From contig CBDUUY010000001.1 in the NCBI GenBank assembly GCA_965370535.1, positions 1 to 34,595 of the forward strand: 34,595 nucleotides of DNA, in the 5' to 3' direction. The number at the start of each line of letters is the position of its first letter. Positions within the stretch are counted from its first letter, which is position 1. The stretch is from an uncultured bacterium (lineage in GTDB: Bacteria > Actinomycetota > Acidimicrobiia > Spongiisociales > UBA11373). The notes beneath the pieces are model-generated. The model had not been told where the DNA came from and made no database searches. It saw nothing but the letters and a program-made list of their open reading frames with translations. A program made the translations under genes and the position numbers. This document shows, in pieces, positions 25,770 to 33,551 of this stretch.

Positions 25770-26249
25770 ATGGACCTGCCCGAGGCCTCCCGCAGGGTGA
25801 TCGATGCAGCCGCTCAGCGGGGCCTCGACATCGGGGTCCACCTGTTCCCCGATGGGACCAAGACCTCTGCGGATGCAGCGGCCGCGGCCGGCTGCGATCT
25901 GTCTGCGATCGCCAAGTCTCTGGTGTTCATGGTCGATGACCGGCCGGTGGTGGTGATCATGTCGGGCGATCACCGGGTTGATCCTGCCCTCCTGGCCGCG
26001 GCAATGGGCGGGGAGGCCGGCCGGCGGGCCGGTCTCGAGGAAGCCAGGGAGGCCACCGGCTTTGCCGCAGGAGGCACCCCGGCGTTCGGGTACGCCAATC
26101 CGGTCGACGTGGTGATCGACGTCTCCCTGCGCCGCCATACCGAGGTCTGGTCGGCGGCCGGCACCCCCACGACGGTCTACCCGATCCTGCTCGATGACCT
26201 GGCCAGGGCGAGTGAGGCCCGATGGGTGGATGTTGCGGCTGCCGGGTAG
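25770..26249 (+). CDS. YbaK/EbsC-type aminoacyl-tRNA deacylase domain protein
   Basis: 159 aa, with ..AIAKSLVFMVDDRPVVVIMSGDHRVD...GFAAGGTPAFGY.. typical of the YbaK/ProX editing domain. Confidence 0.7.
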   Translation: MDLPEASRRVIDAAAQRGLDIGVHLFPDGTKTSADAAAAAGCDLSAIAKSLVFMVDDRPVVVIMSGDHRVDPALLAAAMGGEAGRRAGLEEAREATGFAAGGTPAFGYANPVDVVIDVSLRRHTEVWSAAGTPTTVYPILLDDLARASEARWVDVAAAG

Positions 26250-26260
26250 ACGTGCTCGCT

Positions 26261-26357
26261 ATCTCTTCTCCTCCGCTGGGGCGGGGGAGAGAGAGAAGAG
26301 CCCTCTGCTTCCGGGGTGGGGACACCTCCCCGCCGGGTGCCTGGGACGGGGGAGAAA
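26261..26357. repeat. GC-rich palindromic intergenic repeats (REP-like), copies B1 and B2
   Basis: B1 (26261-26300) is ATCTCTTCTCCTCCGCTGGGGCGGGGGAGAGAGAGAAGAG. B2 (26326-26357) is CTCCCCGCCGGGTGCCTGGGACGGGGGAGAAA, with stem CTCCCCG/CGGGGAG (nt 26326-26332 with 26348-26354). Both share cores with 3173-3223 and lie at a convergent junction. Confidence 0.5.
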
Positions 26358-26361
26358 GGAC

Positions 26362-27369
26362 TCAGCCGTCCACAACCACGACTCCGGCGGGGTCGAGTCG
26401 CAAGCGGACCACATCGCCGGGGGAGATGGTGTGCCGGTCGTGGATCTCGGCGGTGATGCCTTCGACGTCGAGTGTTATCCGGTAGTGGTCGCCCTGGAAC
26501 GTGGCGGAGATCACGGTGCCGTCGAGATGTCCCGCCGTGTCGATCACCAGTGCGTCGGGGCGGATCACCAGTCGGGCGGCGCCGTCCGGTGTGCCCGGCA
26601 CCGGGATGGCACCGAAGGGGCCTGCGTCGGCGATCCCCGACGACACCGTGGCTCCAACGATGGTGCGGAATCCCAGGAACTCGGCGACAAAGGCGGTGGC
26701 GGGCCGACGCCACACTTCCTCGGGGGTGCCCCGCCGCACGATGTGCCCCCCGTCGATGATCGCAACTCTGTCGGCGATGGCGAACGCCTCGGACTGGTCG
26801 TGGGTGACGTACAGGGCGGTGATCCCGGGTTGGGACAGCAGTGATCTCAGGTCCTCGGTCAGACGCTCACGCAGCGCCCGATCCAGCGACCCGAGCGGTT
26901 CGTCGAGCAGCAGCATGCGCGGTCCGGCGGCCAGAGCCCTGGCGAGGGCCACCCGCTGCTGCTCACCTCCTGAGAGGGTGGATATCCGGCGCCGTTCGAA
27001 CCCGTCCAGTTCTACCTGTCGCAGCGCCTGCGATGCCCGTCCGTACCGGTCGGCTGGTGCGATGCCCTGCATCTTGAGGCCAAAACCCACGTTGCGGCCC
27101 ACATCGAGGTGAGGGAACAGGGCGAAGTCCTGGAAGACCAGGCCGAAGTCGCGGCGATGGGGAGGCACCTGGGAGAGGTCGGCGCCGTTCCACAGGATCC
27201 GGCCACCATGCATGGATTGCAGACCCGCCACCGCTCGCAGCAGTGTTGTCTTGCCCGAACCGCTGGGCCCCAGCAGCGCCAGCACCTCATCATCGGCCAC
27301 CGACAAGTCGATCCCGTCCACGGCGGTGGTCTCGGCGAAGCGGACCGTGGCCTCCAGCACCTGCAGCAT
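26362..27369 (-). CDS. ABC importer ATP-binding protein (ThiQ/FbpC/PotA-like, with a C-terminal TOBE-like extension)
   Basis: It has Walker A GPSGSGKTT, signature LSGGEQQRV and Walker B LLLDEP. It is the last gene of the riboswitch-controlled operon. Confidence 0.85.
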   Translation of the reverse strand: MLQVLEATVRFAETTAVDGIDLSVADDEVLALLGPSGSGKTTLLRAVAGLQSMHGGRILWNGADLSQVPPHRRDFGLVFQDFALFPHLDVGRNVGFGLKMQGIAPADRYGRASQALRQVELDGFERRRISTLSGGEQQRVALARALAAGPRMLLLDEPLGSLDRALRERLTEDLRSLLSQPGITALYVTHDQSEAFAIADRVAIIDGGHIVRRGTPEEVWRRPATAFVAEFLGFRTIVGATVSSGIADAGPFGAIPVPGTPDGAARLVIRPDALVIDTAGHLDGTVISATFQGDHYRITLDVEGITAEIHDRHTISPGDVVRLRLDPAGVVVVDG

Positions 27370-28997
27370 CAGAACTCACCCAATCCCGGGGCCCTGAATC
27401 GTTCCACCAGGCCGACGGCGGCCGCCGTCACCAGCATCAGGATGACGCTCATGGCCATGGCTCTCCCGAAGTTGATCTCACCGGGCCTGCCCAGGTATCG
27501 GAAGATGGCCACGGGCATGGTCGGGGTGTCGGGCCTGGCCACGAAGGCGGTTGCCCCGAACTCCCCGAGGGAGACGGCCATTGCGAACCCGGCCCCGACC
27601 AGGGCGGCCCGCGAGACGATGGGCAAGTCGATCTCCCTCCAGACCGTGCGTGGTGAGGCACCCAGCACAGCGGCGGCCTCCCTCAGCCTGGCTCGCACCG
27701 ATCTCATCACGGGTACGACCGACCGGACCACGAAGGGGATCGCCACCAGTGCGTGGGCGATGGGGACCAGCCAGGGTGAAGCCCGCAGGTCGATGGGGGC
27801 ATCCAGTGCGACGATGAAGCCGAATCCGATAGTCACCGCTGAGGTACCCAGCGGCAACATGAGCAAGGTGTCGAACCACCGGGATGAGCGGCCCCGTCCC
27901 GACGCCACCACCACCGCGGCGGTCAGGCCCACGATGAGGGCGATCACGGTGGCCGTCACTGCGAAACCGAGCGAGTTGCGGATCGCTTCGGCGGGGTCGA
28001 CGAACTGGGCGACGGTGCGCCCGCTCCCTCCAAGTGCCCGGTAGAAGCCCAGGCCCCAGCCGTCGCCGGTGGCGAACGATCGCTGCACCAGCACGGCCAG
28101 CGGTGCACCCAGCAGCAGTGCCATCGAAGTGAGCACCCCGCCCACCAGGGCCCGTTCCCGCAACCCGCGCGGCCGACGGGCGGTCTCGGCGGCGGGGCGC
28201 AGCGACTGCTCGACTGCCCTTCTCTCCTGGTAGCGGGAGTAGGCCACCAGGATGGCGGTCACCCCTATCAGTTGCAGCAGTGCCAGCACCGCTGCCACCG
28301 GGAGGTTGAACAGGGTGGCGGTCTGGTGATAGATCTCGACCTCCAGCGTCGCCAGGCCGGCGCCGCCCAGCACCAGCACGATGCCGAAGGATGTGAATGT
28401 GAACAGGAAGACGATGGAGGCCGCCGCCGCCAGTGCCGGGCGCAGCAGTGGCAGCGTCACCCCGGTGAAGGTGCGCCACTTTCCGGCCCCCAGGGTGCGG
28501 GCGGCTTCTTCGAGGCGAGGGTCGAGATGGGACCACAGGCCCCCCACCGTTCGCAACACCACCGCGTAGTTGAAGAAGACGTGGGCCAGCAGGATCGCCC
28601 AGATGGTGCCATCGAGGCGGATGCCCAGCGCACCGTTGGAGCCGATCAGGGCCAGGAAGGCGGTGCCGACCACCATGGTCGGCAGTACGAACGGGATGGT
28701 GGCGGCGGCTCGCAGCAGGCGTTTCCCCGGGAACTCGTAGCGGGCGAACACATAGGCTCCGGGGAGCGCCACGACGAGGGTGAGGGCCGTGGACAGCGCC
28801 GCCTGCCACAGTGTGAACCAGGCCACTCCCAGCAGGTCGCCGTCGCTCAGCACCTCACCGAAGGCGGAGAGGTCGAAGGAGCCGCCGGGGACCAGGCCGG
28901 TCCAGATGATCGAGACCAGCGGCCACAGGAAGAAGATCCCCAGGAACGACAGGGGCAAGCCGACGAGGGCGATCCGCCCGGGCCGCACTCCGGTCAT
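27369..28997 (-). CDS. two-domain ABC importer permease (ThiP/FbpB-like)
   Basis: It is a duplicated permease of about 12 TM. The ATG 28997 start is chosen from the ATGA overlap with the SBP stop; the track start 29030 is also possible. Confidence 0.8.
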   Translation of the reverse strand: MTGVRPGRIALVGLPLSFLGIFFLWPLVSIIWTGLVPGGSFDLSAFGEVLSDGDLLGVAWFTLWQAALSTALTLVVALPGAYVFARYEFPGKRLLRAAATIPFVLPTMVVGTAFLALIGSNGALGIRLDGTIWAILLAHVFFNYAVVLRTVGGLWSHLDPRLEEAARTLGAGKWRTFTGVTLPLLRPALAAAASIVFLFTFTSFGIVLVLGGAGLATLEVEIYHQTATLFNLPVAAVLALLQLIGVTAILVAYSRYQERRAVEQSLRPAAETARRPRGLRERALVGGVLTSMALLLGAPLAVLVQRSFATGDGWGLGFYRALGGSGRTVAQFVDPAEAIRNSLGFAVTATVIALIVGLTAAVVVASGRGRSSRWFDTLLMLPLGTSAVTIGFGFIVALDAPIDLRASPWLVPIAHALVAIPFVVRSVVPVMRSVRARLREAAAVLGASPRTVWREIDLPIVSRAALVGAGFAMAVSLGEFGATAFVARPDTPTMPVAIFRYLGRPGEINFGRAMAMSVILMLVTAAAVGLVERFRAPGLGEF

Positions 28998-30022
28998 CGC
29001 AGCACGATTGAGGTCCACTCGTCGATCCATCGCTCCCGGTTCTCTTCGATGTCGGCCGGGTCCATGGTCAGCGGCGCAGTCGGCACCACGGCGTGCTCGA
29101 TGAAGACGTCGGGCAGTGCGGCCGTGCTGACGGCGGGAAAGACGAACATCGACAGAGGGATGTCCTCCTGGAACGTCTCAGAAAGCATGACGTCGATCAG
29201 CGCCTCGGCAGCCTGCCGGTTGCCGGTGCCTGCCAGGATCCCGGCGTACTCCACCTGCCGGAAGCAACCGTCGGTAACGACACCCGTCGGGGCGGTATCG
29301 GTGGGTTCGGTGGCGAAGACCACTTCGGCCGGGGGCGACGAGGCATACGACACCACCAGCGGCCGGTCGCCGGTCCCTGCTCCACCCGAGAACGCCCCGT
29401 AATAGGCCTCCTCCCACCCCCGGGTCACCTGGACGTCGTTGGCCCGCAGGTCCGCCCAGTAGTCCTGCCAGGTGTAGGGGCCCGTCTCGCCGAAGCGGGC
29501 GATGGTGGCCAGCAGGAACGCGAGTCCGGGGGAGGAGGTGGCGGGGTTCTCGACCACCAGCAGGCCCGCATAGGCGGGGTCGGCCAGGTCGTCGAGTGTC
29601 TCCGGTGGCGGGAGATCTTCGAAGGCGGCCTTGTCGTAGTTGACGCAGACATCACCGAAGTCGATTGGGGTCACCCGGGGGTCGGCGTGCAGGTCCCCGG
29701 GCACCGCCGCCAGACCGGGGCTCTCATAAGCCTCGAAGATGCCGCCTTCGAGGGCACGCGACAGGAAGGTGGTATCGGCCCCGAACAGCACATCGGCCAC
29801 GGGATTCCCTGCCGCCAGGACCGCCTGGTTGACGATCTGGCCGGCATCCCCGCCTGTGAGGATCTGCACCTCGTACCCGGTCTCTTCGGTGAAGGCCGCC
29901 AGCACGTCTTCGGACACAGAGAAGGACTCGTGGGTCAGCAGCCTGACCTGCCCGGTGCGCTCACCCCCGCAGGCTGCCGCCAGCAGGGCGATGGCGATGA
30001 TGGGGCCGGCGATGCGCCTCAT
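28994..30022 (-). CDS. thiB: thiamine ABC transporter substrate-binding lipoprotein
   Basis: Start is ATG 30022, and the lipobox is LLAAAC|GG. Blocks align with E. coli ThiB/TbpA from memory: TSSPGLAFLL, TRGWEEAY, LVVSYASSPP and the C-terminal NRERWIDEW. It has an ATGA overlap with the upstream gene. Confidence 0.85.
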   Translation of the reverse strand: MRRIAGPIIAIALLAAACGGERTGQVRLLTHESFSVSEDVLAAFTEETGYEVQILTGGDAGQIVNQAVLAAGNPVADVLFGADTTFLSRALEGGIFEAYESPGLAAVPGDLHADPRVTPIDFGDVCVNYDKAAFEDLPPPETLDDLADPAYAGLLVVENPATSSPGLAFLLATIARFGETGPYTWQDYWADLRANDVQVTRGWEEAYYGAFSGGAGTGDRPLVVSYASSPPAEVVFATEPTDTAPTGVVTDGCFRQVEYAGILAGTGNRQAAEALIDVMLSETFQEDIPLSMFVFPAVSTAALPDVFIEHAVVPTAPLTMDPADIEENRERWIDEWTSIVLR

Positions 30023-30672
30023 GGGGTTCCTCCGGTGTGGATCGCCAGCAGGGTGCCGTCGGCGACGACGATCGTGGCGGAAGTGTCGGTCATCTCGTTG
30101 CTGGCCCCCCTGGTGGAGCCACTGGAGAGTGTGTCGTGGTGCAGCGGCCATCGGAGGCCCGCGGTGGACACACCGGTGGCGGGGCCCCCGATCGCCAGCA
30201 GGGTGACGATGTCGCCGGCGGCGCCTTCGATGTCGAGGCGATCGTGCACCGGTGCCACATGGGCGCCCTTCACCCACCATTCGGGCCTCATCGGGGCATA
30301 GCGGGGGTGGGCGAGGAGTAGTGCGTTTGCCATGAAGTGGTCGATCCGGTCGAATCCCGCCCCACCCAGCACCAGCACCGGAGCCAGGCCTCGTCGCAGG
30401 GCGGCGTCGAGCGCCAACTCCAGGTCGGTGCCGTCCTTGTCTGTCGGATGGCGCTCCACGGCGGCACCTGCCGCTGCGGCTGCATCCACGGCGGCGGGAG
30501 TGGCCGAGTCCAGGTCCCCGACCACCAGGTGGACGACGATGCCCAGCGCCTGGGCAGAGTGGAGACCCGAGTCGGCGGCGATGACGAAGCGGTTGTCGGG
30601 AAGTCGGGGGATGGTTTCCCCGGCTATGAGATCGCCGCCCGCAACGATCACGGCGGTTGGTGGTGTGCTCAT
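30019..30672 (-). CDS. thiN: thiamine pyrophosphokinase (thiamine diphosphokinase)
   Basis: I trimmed the ORF to ATG 30672. The TPK motifs are ..VIAADSG..VVGDLDS.. and ..DKDGTDLELAL... The 23-codon upstream extension in the track is the riboswitch read as protein. Confidence 0.8.
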   Translation of the reverse strand: MSTPPTAVIVAGGDLIAGETIPRLPDNRFVIAADSGLHSAQALGIVVHLVVGDLDSATPAAVDAAAAAGAAVERHPTDKDGTDLELALDAALRRGLAPVLVLGGAGFDRIDHFMANALLLAHPRYAPMRPEWWVKGAHVAPVHDRLDIEGAAGDIVTLLAIGGPATGVSTAGLRWPLHHDTLSSGSTRGASNEMTDTSATIVVADGTLLAIHTGGTP

Positions 30673-30673
30673 G

Positions 30674-30785
30674 TCTCCCTCCGCTGGTATTACCCAGGTC
30701 AGGTTCTGCGGGTCGGTGACGCCGCCGAAACGGCCGGTCACCCTCTCAGCTCGACGGTCTTCGAGCTCCCCGGAATGCCTTACGC
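30674..30785 (-). promoter_or_regulatory. TPP (THI-box) riboswitch
   Basis: The minus-strand RNA reads GGGGAGCUCGAAGACCGUCGAGCUGAGAGGG...CACCGACCCGCAGAACCUGACCUGGGUAAUACCAGCGGAGGGAGAC-AUG. The conserved CUGAGA (30744-30749), ACCUGA (30699-30704), CCAGCG (30682-30687) and AGGGA are all present. The SD-like GGAGGGAG is part of the 3' end of the aptamer. Confidence 0.8.
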
Positions 30786-30839
30786 GGAGCGTACCACGGG
30801 TCCGAATCCCACCCCGAAAGAGAAATCTCGAGAAACGAC

Positions 30840-30868
30840 TTGACAGGCTGACATCAGTATGACATCAT
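30840..30868 (+). promoter_or_regulatory. candidate sigma-70-type promoter for the micro-ORF/RHH/DUF4097 operon
   Basis: A perfect -35 TTGACA (30840-30845) is followed by a 17-nt spacer and a -10-like CATCAT (30863-30868). It lies in a locally AT-richer divergent region. Confidence 0.35.
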
Positions 30869-30878
30869 ATCGACATTA
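30849..30878. repeat. three direct repeats phased at 11 bp, a candidate operator
   Basis: The repeats are TGACATCA (30849-30856), TGACATCA (30860-30867) and CGACATTA (30871-30878). They overlap the spacer and -10 of the candidate promoter. Confidence 0.5.
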
Positions 30879-30903
30879 CCACGACAGCCAATTGGAGGCA
30901 GTT

Positions 30904-31080
30904 ATGATGTTCTTCACGACCAACACAGCGGCAGCCATCATCCAGGAATCCCGCATCAAGCCCAGCCGCCGCCCGACCGACACCCGGCCCGGCAGCCAGG
31001 CCGGGGCACAGGCCGGCCGGGCCGGGGGCCGATCGGTGCACGTGCGGCGCACGGTGGCGCTGCCGACGGCAGTGAGGTGA
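30904..31080 (+). CDS. possible 58-aa micro-ORF (unknown function)
   Basis: The ATG lies 5 nt after GGAGG (30894-30898), GC3 is high, and the stop overlaps the GTG of the next gene (GTGA). The product is MMFFTTNTAAAIIQESRIKPSRRPTDTRPGSQAG.... I recognised no family. Confidence 0.35.
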   Translation: MMFFTTNTAAAIIQESRIKPSRRPTDTRPGSQAGAQAGRAGGRSVHVRRTVALPTAVR

Positions 31081-31544
31081 CCCAGCACATGGACGCACAA
31101 ATCCTGAAGACCAAACTCGAAGCGGCCGTCCAGCGGCAGTTGCTGATGGCGGGCGGGCAGCCTGAAGTGGAAACCGTTGCCGAGGCACTCCTCGGAGTGC
31201 TGGAACCAGCGCTCCGCGAGGCCGCCCTCGAGTTGGCGGGCCAAGCCGCCGCCGAGGTGGCAGCACAACTTCCGGGTCACGAGATCGATGTGGTCGTTGC
31301 CGAAGGCGACCCCGAACTCCGGGTTCGATCCACCGACGAGGGCACGATCCAGATAGGCGTCGGCGAGTCGCTCGACGCCAGGATCACCTTGCGGCTGCCG
31401 CCGCAGTTGAAGGAGAGCATCGAGAGCTCCGCCGGTGAGCGCGGCGAATCCGTCAACGCATGGCTGGTGAGGTCCCTCTCCGGCACGACCGCAAGACGCA
31501 GCCGCCGATCCGGTCGCAAGGTCACCGGGAGGATCGAGACATGA
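31077..31544 (+). CDS. ribbon-helix-helix (HicB-like/Arc-CopG-type C-terminal domain) protein of the actinobacterial family paired with DUF4097
   Basis: The C-terminal ARITLRLPPQLKESIESSAGERGESVNAWLVRSL (aa 101-134) is a typical RHH. It follows a helical Ala/Glu-rich N-terminal part and precedes a basic tail. An alternative start is ATG 31089. Confidence 0.7.
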   Translation: MTQHMDAQILKTKLEAAVQRQLLMAGGQPEVETVAEALLGVLEPALREAALELAGQAAAEVAAQLPGHEIDVVVAEGDPELRVRSTDEGTIQIGVGESLDARITLRLPPQLKESIESSAGERGESVNAWLVRSLSGTTARRSRRSGRKVTGRIET

Positions 31545-32344
31545 GTGAGCGAGTCGAACGATTCGAGATAGGTGGCACGCCGGTCATCCAGGCCAAGGTC
31601 CCCTCGGGCCGGTTGCGGTTTGCCGAGGGCACCGAGGGCGAAGTGGTGGTCACGCTGCGGGGCAGCGAGTCGACTCTGGCCAGATACCGGGTCGAGCAGG
31701 CAGGCGACCTCATAGAGATCGCCCCCGACGCCGGGAAGCACTTCAGCATGTCCGGAGTGCGGATCACGGTGGAGTCGGGGACGCCACCGGAGGTGAAGGC
31801 GAGGATGGCTTCCTGCGATCTGTCGGCGACCTGTGAGATCGCCGACCTGCAGGTGGATACCGCCTCGGGTGATGTGAGAGCGGAACGAGTGGCAGGTGAT
31901 GCCGTCGTTCGCTCTGCCAGCGGCGACATCCGGTTCGTGTCGGTCGGGGGCATTCTCAAGGCGTCTGCAGCCTCGGGCAATGTGATCGTCGGGGCCGTCG
32001 AGGCCGGAGCCGATATCAAGACCGCCTCGGGAAACGTCAAGGTCGAGACGGCCGGGGGTGGGATCAAGGTCAAATCCGCCAGTGGAAACGTCACCATCGG
32101 GAACCTCACGGCAGGGGACTTCGATGCCAAAACGCTCAGCGGCGATGTGTTCCTGGGAATCCCGCCGGGCCGGACCCTGGAGGTGAGCCTGGACACGGTG
32201 TCCGGCAAGGTGAGGACCGGCTTCGCCGTCGACAAGGGCGGCGACCAGGACGCAGACTCCCCATCCGCCGACGTCGGCATCTCCACTGTGAGTGTCAGGG
32301 CGGTCTCCGGCAATGTGACGCTCGGACGGGCGGAGAGCTCCTAG
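31541..32344 (+). CDS. DUF4097-family beta-strand-repeat (putative beta-helix) protein
   Basis: Start is ATG 31541 (ATGA overlap, GGGAGGA upstream). It has repeated SGDV/SGDI/SGNV units (TASGDVRAE, SASGDIRFV, AASGNVIVG, TASGNVKVE, SASGNVTIG, LSGDVFLG, VSGKVRTG, VSGNVTLG) and no signal peptide. Confidence 0.8.
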   Translation: MSERVERFEIGGTPVIQAKVPSGRLRFAEGTEGEVVVTLRGSESTLARYRVEQAGDLIEIAPDAGKHFSMSGVRITVESGTPPEVKARMASCDLSATCEIADLQVDTASGDVRAERVAGDAVVRSASGDIRFVSVGGILKASAASGNVIVGAVEAGADIKTASGNVKVETAGGGIKVKSASGNVTIGNLTAGDFDAKTLSGDVFLGIPPGRTLEVSLDTVSGKVRTGFAVDKGGDQDADSPSADVGISTVSVRAVSGNVTLGRAESS

Positions 32345-32348
32345 CCCA

Positions 32349-33119
32349 CTAGCCCATGCCTCGGGTGTCTCCTCGCCGCATGGCGATGCGATAGGCCAGA
32401 TCGAAGGCGGCGGCGGCCTCCTCGGCGAACACCCGATGGCCGTCGTCGCTGCCGTGGAACTGATCGGCGGCCCACATCGACAGATCGTCTCTGAACGCAG
32501 AGGTCATCCGGCCCTCGGTGTACATCTTGATCGTCCTCGGGTGGCTCGCCACCGCCCGGGTCGCAGCGGCGTTGAACCTGCGGCCGCGCCGGGTCAGATG
32601 GGGGCGAAGGATTGAAGGAAGCCGGGGGATCGAGCCCAGATCGCCCATCCCGACCACCATGATCGCACCGGACACCTCCTCGAGGCGTTCGAGGATGTGG
32701 TGCATGCTCGACAGGTAGTGAGAGACGGTCCCCCCCCGGATTGCGTCGTTGGCCCCCACCGAGACCACGGCGATGTCGGCGGCCAGGTCGATGGCCTCCG
32801 CCAACTGGCCCTCGATGACATCCTGTGCCTTGGAACCCCCCACGGCCAGCGAGATCAACTCGACATGGTGGCGATCTGCGTGGGAACGGGCGATCCGGCG
32901 AATCCAGATGCTGTCGATCTCCTGCACACCGGGCCCCGTCATCGACGAGTCACCCACTGCAACAATCCTCAGCCGGGGCAGGGATGGGTCTCCGAAGACC
33001 CCGGAGGCGTCCTGGTTGGGGAACGAGGGCAGATCGGCGCGGTGGGCCGCTCGCAGCATGGACCCCATGATCCATCCGAGGCCCAGCGCCGGCGTCGCCG
33101 CCACCAAACGTTTGTCCAT
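32349..33119 (-). CDS. SGNH/GDSL-family hydrolase
   Basis: Block I is AVGDSS, block II is AVGGS, block III is VGANDA and block V is DQFHGSDDGH. Confidence 0.8.
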   Translation of the reverse strand: MDKRLVAATPALGLGWIMGSMLRAAHRADLPSFPNQDASGVFGDPSLPRLRIVAVGDSSMTGPGVQEIDSIWIRRIARSHADRHHVELISLAVGGSKAQDVIEGQLAEAIDLAADIAVVSVGANDAIRGGTVSHYLSSMHHILERLEEVSGAIMVVGMGDLGSIPRLPSILRPHLTRRGRRFNAAATRAVASHPRTIKMYTEGRMTSAFRDDLSMWAADQFHGSDDGHRVFAEEAAAAFDLAYRIAMRRGDTRGMG

Positions 33120-33254
33120 CAGGGTGTTCCGTCGTCGTCGAATCGAGAATGCTACTCAATCGGGCCGCTCGTCTTGATGTCGGCCATCACACCTCGCCGT
33201 CGAGGACAACGTCCCCGGTTGTCGTGGCTTGCGGCCTGCTGAGTGAGTCGTGTG

Positions 33255-33470
33255 TCAGAGCGGGCGGTTGGAGGAGGCCAGGTCGGCGAAAAACCAGAGG
33301 ATGCCGGATCCTGCAAACGCGACTCCCGCCCAGATGAAAGGGGTCAGATCCCCGTCACCAAAACCGGCCCCATAGAAAATGAGCCCGGCCCCGGCGATGG
33401 CGGCCACCGTGCTGAGCAGGTTCACCGGCCATGCCAGCCAGTGGGGGATGTACTGGATGATCCTGTTCAT
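33255..33470 (-). CDS. small membrane protein (2 TM), unknown function
   Basis: 71 aa with GGAGGA 6 nt upstream of the ATG and two hydrophobic helices. Confidence 0.5.
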   Translation of the reverse strand: MNRIIQYIPHWLAWPVNLLSTVAAIAGAGLIFYGAGFGDGDLTPFIWAGVAFAGSGILWFFADLASSNRPL

Positions 33471-33551
33471 GAGCGCTCCTCCGGGCGGTCGCGCTGAGGT
33501 TACCAGCGGCCCCGGCCGCTACCTTGGGCGGATGCCGGGGAGAAGCCCATC

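Noticed and set aside
30673-30741. N-terminal 23-codon extension of the thiamine pyrophosphokinase ORF (MTGRFGGVTDPQNLTWVIPAEGD)
   Set aside because: This stretch is the 3' half of the TPP riboswitch aptamer read as protein. The ATG at 30672 has the SD and marks where TPK homology begins.
31077-31544. Reading the RHH gene as a HicB antitoxin of a type II toxin-antitoxin pair
   Set aside because: There is no HicA-like or other small toxin ORF adjacent. The downstream partner is a 267-aa DUF4097 repeat protein and the upstream ORF is a basic micro-ORF, so the TA label looks like annotation carry-over from the shared RHH fold.
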